From Catajapyx aquilonaris (Eukaryota): a DNA stretch of 48,644 bases. The DNA lies in assembly GCA_000934665.2 (NCBI GenBank), contig KZ538771.1, positions 1 through 48,644 of the forward strand, in the 5' to 3' direction. Under the pieces are notes generated by a model. It searched no databases. It was not told the origin of the DNA and saw nothing but the letters and a program-made list of their open reading frames with translations. Below, one piece after another: positions 36,294 to 48,644 of this stretch. Numbering within the stretch: position 1 is the first letter of the stretch; every line of letters starts with the position of its first letter. Made by a program: the position numbers and the translations under genes.

Positions 36294-39042
36294 ACATCGG
36301 ACTCATGCCACTCTTCTTCCAAATGCATCCCATACCACCAGTATAATTTTTGCAGATTTATTCTTATACATCCTGTACAAAAGTATGGTAGAAAAAGCAT
36401 AAAATACGACTTCTTAGCCGTCAAAATTGACACCGACATTATGCCAACAAGTGCATTTATTATACAGTATTTGCAGCATATGCAGGTACAAGTTTGCTCT
36501 CTTTTAGTTGAATTCCCACAATTTTCCAACAATTTTCCACTTTCATTGCCACATTTTAAACCATCTCCATATATAAAGGCAATGTGAGCAAGTGTATTTA
36601 GCCACAGATTGTGGTGGTGGAAATTCTTGGGTTTTGTGCGGACTTCATTGGCTGTTTTTTTCTCCTTCGAAAGCATAACTAAAAACTCAGCATGTCAAAG
36701 TGTCACAAAGTATCAGTCACTTCCTAAACTGCGTTTACGAATCTTACGTGATAAATATTAAAGAAGAAAGTCACAAGAATTATAGAACTATGTGGGTCAT
36801 TCCATCTCAAACTTAGCCAATTTTGACAAAAGTTGTGGATGGATCCCCAAGTAATTTCTTGAAAAAATAAAACAATGCAAAGACGTACCTCAAGAGGTCA
36901 AACCGAAGATTCAGAATTTTGCGACAATGTGCACCGGCCGCGGCCGGGGGGCGGTTTCATAATAGCGCCTGACATATACTGTATTGAGCATGTAGCCAAT
37001 TTTTTCCTAATTGTCTGAGGCACGTCATCACATCAAATTAACGAGGATTTAAAGAGTGAAGATTCTTATATTTTGGACGAGTCTCTCAAGTTACCAACAA
37101 ATAATGCGGGAAAACTACCAAAATCACTGCATCGCAAATCGATGTAAAACACAGTGAAGTAAAACTAAGCTGAACTAAAATTTTCAATCTTCCAAAAACC
37201 TACGAATTTCGACTTCTAAAATTCCATGCGGTGCTAAGTCCACCTTAATTTTTCACAACTGTCCTGAGAATACTTTTCAAGCTCTGTCCAATTAGGGCTA
37301 TATGTTTTATAGACTGTGCCCTTCTGGTAATTTTATTATCGGGTGATTTTTAAAAATCCATGACGACGTACAGTACGCCCTACATACGCCATCTACAACA
37401 AGGGAATTTCGTGGCGATGGGGTCTCGGTCTCGTGCCGCAATCCTTATTATGCTTACCGAATATTATGCCATAGCATACCTCATGATGCATGAATATTTG
37501 TGCTGGCTTGTCAACATACCTCGCATTATTTAAATTTATGGGCGGTTGAGCTACCACACTTGACTCACTTGATCCACGTCTTCTGACAGTAATTTCTGGC
37601 ATAGTTACATCTCTAAATCCATCATACACCGTACACTTCACTGTCCAGGGATGACAAATCATTTCCGGGTGGTGTGCGTGCATGTGAGGAAAATTAGAAT
37701 CTAGTAAATATTATATGGTCGTGTTCATAACAGGAAGCCACGTCATTCCAAATCAGAAACCGGATTTGATAGTCATGAGTGCCCATACATATACGGATGC
37801 CCACTGTTATTTTCGCTCGGCCTCACTTATGAATAATAATACTTCATTCTTCTGGGAATGGTCACTGTTTAGTGTTTACAGACTCACTCATGCTTCTGTT
37901 CACATTATTCAACTCGAATATTCGGCATCTTCCGACAAGATTCGATGATGTCGCTAACTAAGTCATTCATTTAAAAAAGAGATTGCATTGTGAATACAGC
38001 ACATCATGGACTCTATGACATGCAATCGGACCACCCTGCCTTTCAAAGTGAAAATTACTTGACACGAATGGCATGGTGGCAATCAGTGATAAATTCGCAA
38101 ATATGTCAAATTAAGTGCATAATAGTTCCTTTACAGTAGATAATTATGCAAAATAACAACAAACAGCAACAGCAAGAAACAAATATGTGTCGATGACCTT
38201 GCACATGAACAGTACAGTTACAGAAATATTATCTCAAGGTGTTGACTTTCGCAGTAACAGTAACGGTACGTGACAGATGTCGCATTTCCTTCGCCAGCTC
38301 ACGTTTTTGCCCTATAGCACTTAATTAACTTTAAAATAATTGCGCCTCCTCTACGATGTCAAAAAAAAACTCCCCGCTGCAGCCACGACCACATAATCGC
38401 ACGATTTAGTGCCAACCTATTACCTCCATTAACCTCCATTCTGAACAGCTGCCAGCTAGAAAAACCGCGATACCTGGGGTGTAACTGGCACGTTAATTCC
38501 AAATATGAGAAAAAGAGCGCTTTATCACAGTCAAAAACATACCTGGCAAGCCCCCCACCTTATCCCATCGCCAAGCCCTTCCCTTGGCTGCCAAAATAAT
38601 ATTTTTAAAAACGCGGTGTTCAGTGGAGATTTTCCCACAGTCTAATGACGTCACGAGAGAATGGCCGTACCATCCGGGTTATCCGGATTGGAAAAGAGAA
38701 AATAGTTCTCTCTCTTTTTTTCGGTATCGGGGGCCACGCACGAAATCCTGACCGGAAAAGCAAGGCTGACCTCTTCCGGACCCAAGGAAAAAGTTTCTGC
38801 TTCAGTCGTTTTCTCCATCTGGGTCTTTCCACTGTTTGGAATTAAAAAAAATAGGAGATGGAAGGGTTCAAAGAGGCTCGACTATGTGCTGGAGTTTCCG
38901 GAAGCAAACCATCATGACAACGAGCACTGATATCCGATGAAATAGCCTAACTATGCATTTTTGTAAAGTGAAAATTCAAATCTATTTGGTATAATTTGTG
39001 GAGGCATAACTTGTTATTGTTATTACATATATGAGAAATTAC

Positions 39043-39043
<1 letters not shown>

Positions 39044-39125
<82 letters not shown>

Positions 39126-39206
39126 GTTATCCTGTAGGCTCTTAGGGGATCCTAGATGTTAATGTTATTAATTCACACCTCAATGATGATGGATTTTGAT
39201 GTGGAA
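39044..39206 (-). mobile_element. 3' fragment of the V-SINE family with expanded (TTA)n tail
   Basis: Minus strand has ATCAAAATCCATCA and GATCCCCTAAGAG, both present in the 21.7-kb V-SINE, followed by an approximately 80-nt (TTA)n run. Confidence 0.6.
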
Positions 39207-39688
39207 CCATAAATTACAATGGATATCATCACTAACAAGTGTTGGGCCAATTATCTAAGGGGATTAATATGGCAATGCCATGGGGGGGAAAAGACGGACC
39301 AGGCAGGCCTCCTGCAAATTTTTACATCCTGGATCTCCAACAGCCCTAAGTTATCTATTCATCTCACTCCCCTGTCCCCATACCAATACCCATTCCTCGT
39401 CCATTGTCTCTCCCCACCCAACTCATCCCTTCATATTGAGACGGAAACTGACGACAGATCTGACAGTCCTAATGGCAGTAACAGAAATTTAGGTAAGTAC
39501 TGTAGTACTATCTCAACCAATACTTGTTACGCTTCTCCACGTGCAATAATGCTGCCACCCTGGCAAAATGACAAAAATCTTGGTTCAAAATTAAAAACTT
39601 TTCTCCAAACAGTATTCTTAATTGAACGGGGCCCTTGCGCATGTTGCTACATTTCCTAAATGACAACAGACTATTGGCAAAAACTTAC

Positions 39689-39949
39689 CATGCCCAGAAG
39701 CGGGTCGCAAATGTCTGTCACATGTAATACACTAACAAGTAAGTGACGGAATGAGTCTCGGCAAGCAGGTCCGAGTTGCCACGGGCCGGAATTTCACGCG
39801 TTTTCTTGCAATTAATGGCATTTCATATATAGCGTGTTCCGTCAATTCCGTACATTTTTGTCGCGTCGGAAATTTTCGACGTAAGTCCGGATCAACGTTG
39901 TCTGTAGGCCTATTCTTGGGGAATGATCGTTAAAGTTGCCATGGGATAC
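39689..39949 (-). promoter_or_regulatory. Candidate promoter and non-coding first exon of the CEP170-family gene, with RFX X-box-like site
   Basis: CpG-rich stretch ending in a strong minus-strand donor ATG|GTAAGT (39689/39688). X-box-like GTTGCCATGGGATAC at 39935-39949. Confidence 0.35.
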
Positions 39950-41510
39950 GGGGTGGAGTGTATATGTGGTAGAAGGCAGTGGGGATGCGGTGTCATCCCA
40001 GCACTCCCGGCCGACTAAAACTTCGCCAAAAAACACCCATTTAGCCACCCACAAACGCTCCACCCCTGGTGTTTTGACTATCTAAATATTTCCAAGCATC
40101 CCTTTAGTCACGAATTTAACCCATTTTTCGCCGTATAAACCCCCCAAACATGATCAAACAAAATGACAGCCTGTTTTCACCACTGCAGCCCATTTAAAAT
40201 AAACCTCTGCCGGTAGTCTATTTCTGACATATTTCGCAACTTCTCTAGCCAGGCGTTCTCCCACCAACGCAACGGTACTGTGTATAGCCATCGAGGTGTT
40301 CCAAAAAACCAACGGGCAATAAAAGGAGCAGGTGCACGAAGAGTACCACCGATTATAGCGTATTTAACCTCCACGCCCACCCAACAACCCCTGCAGAGGA
40401 AAGGTGAACATCTCGAACATCCCTCGCTACCAGGCACAGTTTCCCGCCATTATCACGTGATTTGTGCGACTCAAAACTACCTACATGTGCACGCTAACTA
40501 TTTTATATGCCTTTGGAAGATGGACGGGGTCAGGATTGGCCTGTCCCGGAACCTAAATTACCATTAAGCGCTGTCAGATTTACGAAACCGCCTTGACCCT
40601 CTATTGATGTGCCTTATTGGATGTCATTAAGTTAAAATGGACAAATATATGAATTCAGCGTCATTTACCAAGTTAGGTGATCCATGGATACCATCCATGC
40701 GGTAAAACAGCCATGCACTGTAATTCAAACATCCAGAAAATTTTCTGACCCGCTTAAAAGCTCAACTAGCTTAATTTGCGGTCAAATTAATTTTCCAGGG
40801 ATGAATAGGTTCAAAAGGCAAAAAAATTGCAATTTAAAAAAATATTTTGAAATATGAGCGAGACCAGTTGTTTCAAGTAATTCGTATACATTACGATTTT
40901 TTTTTTTTCCAACAAGCGTATACTATCTATAAAGCCCACCATGGTGAATCAGAAAACCATTGATCAATTTCACCAACACTTCCTTTTCTCTCTCTTCATT
41001 TCTGAGCCTTAAGCAAAAACGGAATTTGGCTCTGCTCTGTTTCCACACATCTGAACCCAACCATCTCAATGCCCGACTTCTTTTTGGGGCATGTCATTCC
41101 TACCTCAACCGAAGGAATAATAATAAAAAAAAGATGGAGGGAAGGGGGGAGATTTGCCTTCGAGCATAAAAAGATGGGTATAATGCCAAACCCGCTTCCT
41201 ATTTTTAAGTAGGCTAAACGATGGCAAAAAAAAACAAAAAAATTAATTCGCCACGTTAAATTCTCCAGATGCAGAACAACCACCTATAACTCTCATCTTG
41301 GTTCGTGTTCCAACATTTCCACAATGATTCGCATGGCTCGGATTAGTAGATGCTATCTGATAAATTACTGTACGTTATTACCAACCTTCAGTTTGAATAA
41401 CTGCACCACTTGGCACCTGCCCTGACACAATGATTCTCCTTGACATCATTTCGAAATGCAGGATGAATTTGTGATTACTCCATGACATAAACAATAAAAC
41501 ATTGTAAGTT

Positions 41511-41527
41511 TAATAATAATAATAATG

Positions 41528-41584
<57 letters not shown>
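41511..41584. repeat. (AAT)n microsatellite
   Basis: Direct reading of the sequence. Confidence 0.95.
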
Positions 41585-41585
<1 letters not shown>

Positions 41586-43590
41586 GTATATGCTGCGTTT
41601 ATTTCAATTCCACTATTCCTAGAGTACGACATCGATACCCGAATTTGCCTGGAAGTAATTCCACAAAGCTATTTTAGTAAGCGGCTAATTCGAACGCTTC
41701 GAATACCCCCACTATACGTACACTATCACACGCCTGACGCCTCTATTCCCATTCCTAAACACGTTAAAGCTTACACAACACTGCCTCACGCTCTTGAAAT
41801 TGTAAGAACACTACAAATCCTAATTCTACATATGCGCAATAACCAACACATGCCCTGGTTGGTCTATCATGCACCTTATTACCATACATCTGCCCACGCA
41901 CTGCAAAAGTCCACACTAGTGATACAAAAATGAACCTCTCACCACACTCCACCTCCACCAAGCGCCCCCTTGGCTATTTCCATCTCTGCACAAAACCACG
42001 TGCGAAAAAACACCACCTGTCTCACAAGCAGTTGGGACTAACAGTATACTCAAATGGATACAACATGGCGTCACAGTTCAAAATAAACCATCGGAACAGA
42101 ATACTACTCGCGAAAAATGAATCACTGGCACGTGCAAACACTAGCAAAAAGGTGGAACAGACACGGGCTGACGTACAGGTGTGAACGTATAGTTTTGGTC
42201 TGGCTCCAGTGCACAAACGATACGTGCAATATAAGAGAATCCAGTCAACCGCAGACCACGCGGCCAGAATCAGAAAAAGTAGTCCAGACCAGCTGCGTTA
42301 TCGGGTCTGGATGTATATAAATGGCCCGGAAAAGGGTGACAGTCACACATTTGAAATGTCGGGCATGAAAGGGTAGGTGACAAGACAATAATTCATAATT
42401 GGGCGTAAGAAGCATGATCGTTTACAAAATCACACTCCATATATGAAAGGTAGCCTGCATTTCCGTTCATATAACCTTGGTTCGAGCAGGAAAACCGACC
42501 ATTACCATATCGGCAACGACATATCGGTGACGTACATACATGCATGTGCTTATCGCACTTGTTTGAGATAAAAAAAATTCAGTAGCCGAATCTCTCAAGA
42601 TATGTAATTGTGCTACGCAAATTAGTACAAATTATAATTGCAAGCGAACTATTCCCATAAGTTTCATCTTGATGCACTGCTAAACTATACTGGTAGTTGA
42701 ATCCAACGAGGTGAATTAAAATATTCATACACTACAGTTTCCCTTAGTGTAAAGTGCACGAATTAACAAGGTTACAACAACCGATATTATGAGTTATTGT
42801 TCATTTTTACAGGCTATTAATTCAAAAGGCAACAAGTTCGGTAAACTATATTTGACCTAATATGCCCCAGAGTTGTTGCCATGATCACAGAACAAAACAA
42901 TGTCAATAACAAACGTCAGATGTGTGCATCTTGGTGTTGGCATTATTATTTTATTGCGCATTTGCACAATTTTTCTGCTAGCGAAAACAGGCTTTATGCT
43001 TCAAAAATAACCGATTAGGCGCATCAAAACAAACCAAAAACACCCCGATTATTATCTAACACCGGCTCCAGTTTCTCAGGGAATTCGAAGCTTTAACATA
43101 AGGCACTCCTGCTATCTCACATAACTCACATATTATAGATGCACAACAATTCCTGTGCTTTTTTGCATCATGTCTAATATCTCGGAGGTCTTTTACCATC
43201 TCCAGGAATTCATTAAAAACCTCCCATTGCTTAGAACATAACTGTCGAGTTAGACCCCCGGAAAATCCTCACACCACCAGGAACCAACCAGACAGCTTGG
43301 CTCCAGTGTTACTTCCCTTGGCCCAAGTAACCCCTATTGTCTCCAAATATCCCCAACAATTTTCGTGGTAAAAAAAAAAATGTGTTTGAGTTCCGGTATC
43401 GCCCACTAAATTGCTGACTGTGAGGCCAAACAACACTATAGGGCCACTTAGATGCATTTCCACCGCTCACTATGGCGGAAAGATCTTTTCGGAACGTTTC
43501 TCTTTCCGCTCACACCCACATAACCTTCCGCAAAAAAAAACAACGAAAAAAAGTCTTTTTCAATGACTTTTATTTCCCCCCCCCCTCCCC

Positions 43591-43620
43591 NNNNNNNNNN
43601 NNNNNNNNNNNNNNNNNNNN
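43591..43620. other. Assembly gap (N run) within a poly-C tract
   Basis: N characters. Confidence 0.99.
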
Positions 43621-46155
43621 CCCCCCCCCTTTTTTTTAAAAAAGCTTTCATAGCACAGTATCAGTGACCCTCGCCGAAATGTGCTTTGTTCATTAGAGCA
43701 TTACGTATCTGGATAGTATACGTCACCAACGGCATAGGCTATAGACTACATATCCTAACCAAAATTAGATAAACAAGGTGAGGATGATGTTGCTTTACTG
43801 CGTCGACCTCGACGTGAAGGACAATGAGAAAGAAATCATCCAGTTCCTGATTGCGGTGGTAAAAATGGAATTGTAATGAGTCGCATATCAGTTTATTGTG
43901 CAATGCACTTGGAGAGAGGAAAGGTTTATAGGTGCTGTGTCACGTCATTTCGACACTTTCAGCAGATTCACCATTCGTTTACTAGAAAAGATTTCATGTA
44001 ATTAGAGCAAACTGTTCTCATTTTAGAATAACACCATGCCGTGTGACCCTATACAGTACTGACATATGCGTACAGTAGTGTTAAAATGCATAATCCCTCA
44101 TTTACATAGTAAATGTTGAAATTACCGCAGTGCGCAAAAATTGACACCACACCTCTCGCGTGAGAAAATTATGGAAATGTTAATTGGTTATTCCCCTCTT
44201 TTGGAGTACATGGCAATTACCAACAGGTTTAACAATGTTACATGAATGAGTCTATACTGTATGTAGCTAGTAACGGCCATAAAGGACTGCTGTGCCCTGC
44301 CTATTCGTTTTGCGACATTCAACTTTCTCCTGGTGGTATCATACCTTGGAATTCAATTCAAAAAGTTAGCATTGCGGCAGATAGAATTCACCGAATACTG
44401 ACTCCAGTTCAAAAAATTGGAAAAATATTACGTGATTTAAACCACAGTCACAATTTCTGCATTAAATATTTAAATCGGCAATTTTGGTACTTCTCGAGGC
44501 ACCAAACTTGTATTCACACGTCATTCTGTATATCACAAAATTCTGACCTGGTTTGGCTCTTTAGGAATCACAAGGGCTAAATTGGTGTGCCGCAAATAAT
44601 AGCTCACACTACAAAAACGCTGGTCAGTTATCAAACTATGCAGAGAAAGTGGTTACTGGTGACTGACATTTGAAATATTTGACTTCCGAAACTAATTCAC
44701 TCCTGGCACGTTTCTTTCCGCATCTTATTGTCGCACCCTGACATAATTCGCAAACTCTCACACTAAATCATATTCTTAATTTTCCAAACCAGTGAAACCC
44801 ACTCTTCTCTCTCAATGATCGTGATGGCCTGCTTCCTACTTTTAAAAGTTAGTATCAATATTGAATGACTTTCATCTGCTAAAAAAACAGCAGATATACA
44901 AAAAGTAGTATAATGTAGGTATCAGATGAAGAAAGTACAGTAATCCATACTCTCAGGCACAACACTTGCGATAAGCTGGTTGTAATCATGAGAGAAACTT
45001 TTACTCAACACACTGCCATGCATTTTTTGAACTCCATTTTTCAAAAGTATATAGCTGTGACATGGGGACGAAACGCATATTAACATTCCACATGATAATG
45101 TGAATAAGAATAAAATTATTGAAGGCTTGTAAAATATTAGAAAGGAGAGTGGTCTCTATCAGATGAACCCATTTTGTTACCACATACATGACATTCGGCA
45201 TATTTGCAAGAAACTTTACATTATTGCCATTCCTTCTTCCAAGGTTCACTTCGGTTACTGGTTAGCGGTTTCTTACCCTCCAAGGGTAGTTTTGTTTCGG
45301 GGTCATTCCACAGACCACCTGATGATCACCACTAACCGTAAGCAACCAGTGCACCATAGGGCATACCATGCCAAATTCCGATCTGATAAATACAGTACCT
45401 AAATCAGGAAGTAAATAAACAAATACAGCTCACACCTTCACCAGTCAGACTACACGAATGACCTATGTAGCCAAGAGAAAAATTGAGCCGGAATAAACCT
45501 TTCCAAAGGACAATACCACCAATGACAAACGACTTCACGTCCTCTCGCACGATTGTAACGCCAATCACGTTAATGCCCCATCCTCTGTTTCAACACCTGA
45601 TTTCCTATTACATTTTCATCGTGCCTAGAAAGGTTGGAGCACAAAAAAAAACACTCCCAAGAGCTAGATTGTAGCCATAGTTGTGAAAATGGTTCCTATT
45701 GGACATCCACGTGATTTATGATGGTAGAGGGCAATTTCGGGGATGGTTCCATGAACCGTCCGGTCCGGATTCCCTAATTGCATGCAAGCATGACAATCGA
45801 ATGCTTCTACCACCCCACCCCTCCTACCCCCACCTGTTCCCGCCAAACTCTGCCTCCAATCTGTGGACAAGACTGATGTCTCATTACGCGTGAGACGAGA
45901 TGGGGCCTGGTACTAAGACTATCGCCCAGGAGAAACAATCGATAGACCCAATCTTTATATAGAGGGCCGGTGTTGCGCTTCACTTCTCATTTCGCCTCCT
46001 GGACTACGACCAACCTCTCGGGATTCCTCTGTAAGTCATATTTATCACCAAACACCGGGTGTCACAAAAGTCACGTCCTACTACTAAGCCAGGGGTATAT
46101 TTTCTTACCAAGAAAAGAAAAAAAACATACAACACGTGCCAATTTGCCTACTCGC

Positions 46156-46407
46156 CCAATGAAAACAATGACCAGACTCGGTTGACTGGCCAACCACGTG
46201 GCTCATTACTCCCGCTCCCGCCAATAACTCGCCAAAATTCGAGCGACCGCGACCGGCCACCATTCGAAACCTGGTTTAATACCCCTTATTGCGTGACTTT
46301 TCTGGACACCCCGCACCTGGGTTAACATTTTCTAATTAGCCATCATTAGTTCCGCCTGCTCCACTTTTAAACTAGGTGTGACCCTCCAGCCACTTCGCCC
46401 CTTTGAA
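46156..46407 (+). promoter_or_regulatory. NF-Y/E2F/CHR-like promoter
   Basis: CCAAT at 46156, CCAAC at 46190 and CCAAT at 46221; E-box CACGTG at 46195. E2F-like TCCCGCCAA (46216) and TCGCCAAAA (46229). CHR-like TTCGAA (46263) and TTTGAA (46402). Locally CpG-rich. Confidence 0.5.
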
Positions 46408-46420
46408 AAAAAATAAGACA

Positions 46421-46611
46421 ATGCGTTCTCCTGTACCCCCCAAAAAATCTGAGTTGGGCAGCAGCCTGGAGCTGAACCCAAACATGACATCGTCGGCCAT
46501 GAAATCGAGCCGCTTCCGCATCCAATTCAAGCACAAGTCCCCACTCCATGGTGCTGGGGTGAAGGCCAAAAAGGCCAAGCCCTCCTTCCTGGCCTCACCC
46601 TTCACTCACAG
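46421..46611 (+). CDS. Probable first coding exon of an unidentified divergently oriented gene
   Basis: In-frame ATGs at 46421, 46484 and 46499. Encodes ...MTSSAMKSSRFRIQFKHKSPLHGAGVKAKKAKPSFLASPFTH with strongly GC3-biased codons. Donor CAG|GTGAGA, phase 2. Promoter-like motifs lie immediately upstream. Confidence 0.6.
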
Positions 46612-48547
46612 GTGAGATGCCCACCTTTTTTTCCTAACTACTGCTTCTTTTTGCATGATAAACCTGGGCGGTTTGAAGTACTCAAAGCCTGGTATTATCG
46701 TATTCTCTCACGCGTTAAGATCTAACGGGGTTTGCCGGCCTCTTGTAAATGGGGACTGTCGCATGCCAACTGTACGGGTTGACAGCGGTAATATGGGCGT
46801 CGGGTAGCGCAGCGCAAGTTCACTGCAGGTGGGCTTGCAGGGACCAGATGTTGCATTGAGAATCGATATGTATATATAATATCAACTGCCTGATAACTCA
46901 AGTGCCAATATGTTCTACGTACACGACAGGTGTCAAAATTGTAGCATTTCTAGTTTAAAAATTCAATTTAAAAATAATAAATTAAATTAAAAACTACAAA
47001 TATTCACATGCCATATAGATGTGGGTTAGCTGACTGATGGTAGCGTAGTAAAAGTCACTCTCGTTTCCTAGTACTCGAGTGTTGCATGAATACTAAATTT
47101 TTTGCCCCGAGTTACACGCAATGTACTACACGTGCGCCCTATGTACCGGTAAATGCAAATTTCGGTAATGTTCTCAGCCTTACACATTTTCCCTCATACG
47201 ACTTCCTGGCATTCTCTGCATACACACACTAGCTACTACACTTATCCCGTTATTTTATTCTCCTTGCACTTTCATTCATTCGTTGGTTCTTCACCATATT
47301 TTCCGCCTGATGCCAACGTCCTGATATGAGCAATCGATACAAAGGGCGGCCTTTATAAAACGCACTGCCCAACCACTGGCGATGATTAAACTCGCCTACG
47401 AAATCGATATGGCCAACAAAAGAAAATAAGGTTAAGGTTAGGTCAGTGTAAGTAATGCATCGGTTCAGAGACTTCTGATATAAAAAAATCATGCCGGAAA
47501 CAGCTTTCTAGTTAGCAAATAATCCTCTTTCGTTTAAACTGGCCAATAATGGGTGTTGCAAGAGATGACCCAATTGTGGCTAACAATTCGAGAGTAGTTT
47601 TGGGAGGCGTTGACCTTGTGGGTATTGGCGGGTCAGAGACCTGGCTATTTTTTGTTGTTGTTGAGCTATGGAGGATGACATAAGGCGCGCAAGAATGGCC
47701 TAAGCAGCAGGTCACGTCCGCCAGCATCCTGCCCATTTTGCATGGAATTGTAGCATCGATTGTTGCTTGGGAAACGATGCGCGTTTCCACCTTGTTGCCA
47801 TACATTTCAAGTTCAAACACTGAGTGACATCCATGTTGCATGAGACCACAGTGGGAATGGGAGGTTTATTACTTTTATTTTCATGCAAATGACTTGGAGA
47901 GGGGGGGAACTGATTTAGTGTTGGGTGCACCACTACCAATGAATGCCTAGCCAACCATATAAAAAAAATTAGGTATTTTACTGTGGACTTCTGTTGACAA
48001 TATTTATTGGATGCAATGAACTGTACAGTGTAGATTGCAAACGTGATGTAATGGATGCTTAATGAGAAGTCCAGGTGTAACATGAGTAACAACATCAATC
48101 GCTACACTGAATAGGCTATCATAGTTCCATTCATTGAGGTGACAGGCAATAATTTCATCTGGAATAGTTGTCGTTCATCTACCCAATGGCCTGATTGTAC
48201 AATAACTTGTACGTTAATTATTTATTCAATTCACCTAAACCTGTTAAATTTAACTCAGTAAAGGTACCGTATGCACAGTATATAGCACAAAAAATGTGCT
48301 GGTGAAGTGGCCATGACTAAACAGCTGCTTTAGGCTTACTCAAAATAAATATGTCTGTGACTCTTACATTCTGCCAATAATAAGCTTCATACATATGACT
48401 GCAGTGATTACTATGTTGCAGTGCTCACTCCCAGTACACTTTGGTATTTAAAACTTGTTGGGAATATTCGCTACATAATTTTGAAGCTTTTCCCCTGCTT
48501 GGAATAGCCTTTACACATTGTTATCTACAAAATTTATTATTGACATC

Positions 48548-48594
<47 letters not shown>

Positions 48595-48613
48595 AACAAC
48601 AACAACAACAACA
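48548..48613. repeat. (AAT)n(CAA)n microsatellite
   Basis: Direct reading of the sequence. Confidence 0.95.
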
Positions 48614-48644
48614 TCACGACATTTCCCTATGAGGGGTAGTCAGC

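Noticed and set aside
39219..39659. 146-aa plus-strand ORF
   Set aside because: No recognisable domain and ordinary intergenic composition.

Overview
Repeat-rich, intron-dominated DNA from an invertebrate animal; (TTAGG)n-type arrays hint at an arthropod but do not prove it. The main gene is a minus-strand CEP170-family gene (FHA-domain centrosomal protein). Its coding exons are at 30790-30668, 16009-15920, 15821-15743, 15138-15020, 14912-14507 and 10590-10471, with a probable 39-nt micro-exon at 7687-7649, and it presumably continues past the left edge. The reading frame holds best through two consecutive non-canonical introns: a GC-AG intron (15919-15822) and a U12-type AT-AC intron (15742-15139). 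A probable first coding exon of an unidentified, divergent plus-strand gene lies at 46421-46611, behind a CCAAT/E2F/CHR-like promoter. The non-coding DNA holds three tRNA-derived SINE families (one a V-SINE), several with clear TSDs and nesting, and a 5'-truncated LINE whose 3' stem-loop is shared with two of the SINE families. It also holds a TTAA-flanked piggyBac-like foldback element, (CA)n-embedded elements carrying (CCTAA)n arrays, a decayed Tc1/mariner, small MITEs and perfect palindromes. Most other ORFs in the six-frame track look spurious. All family calls are from motif recall, not database searches.
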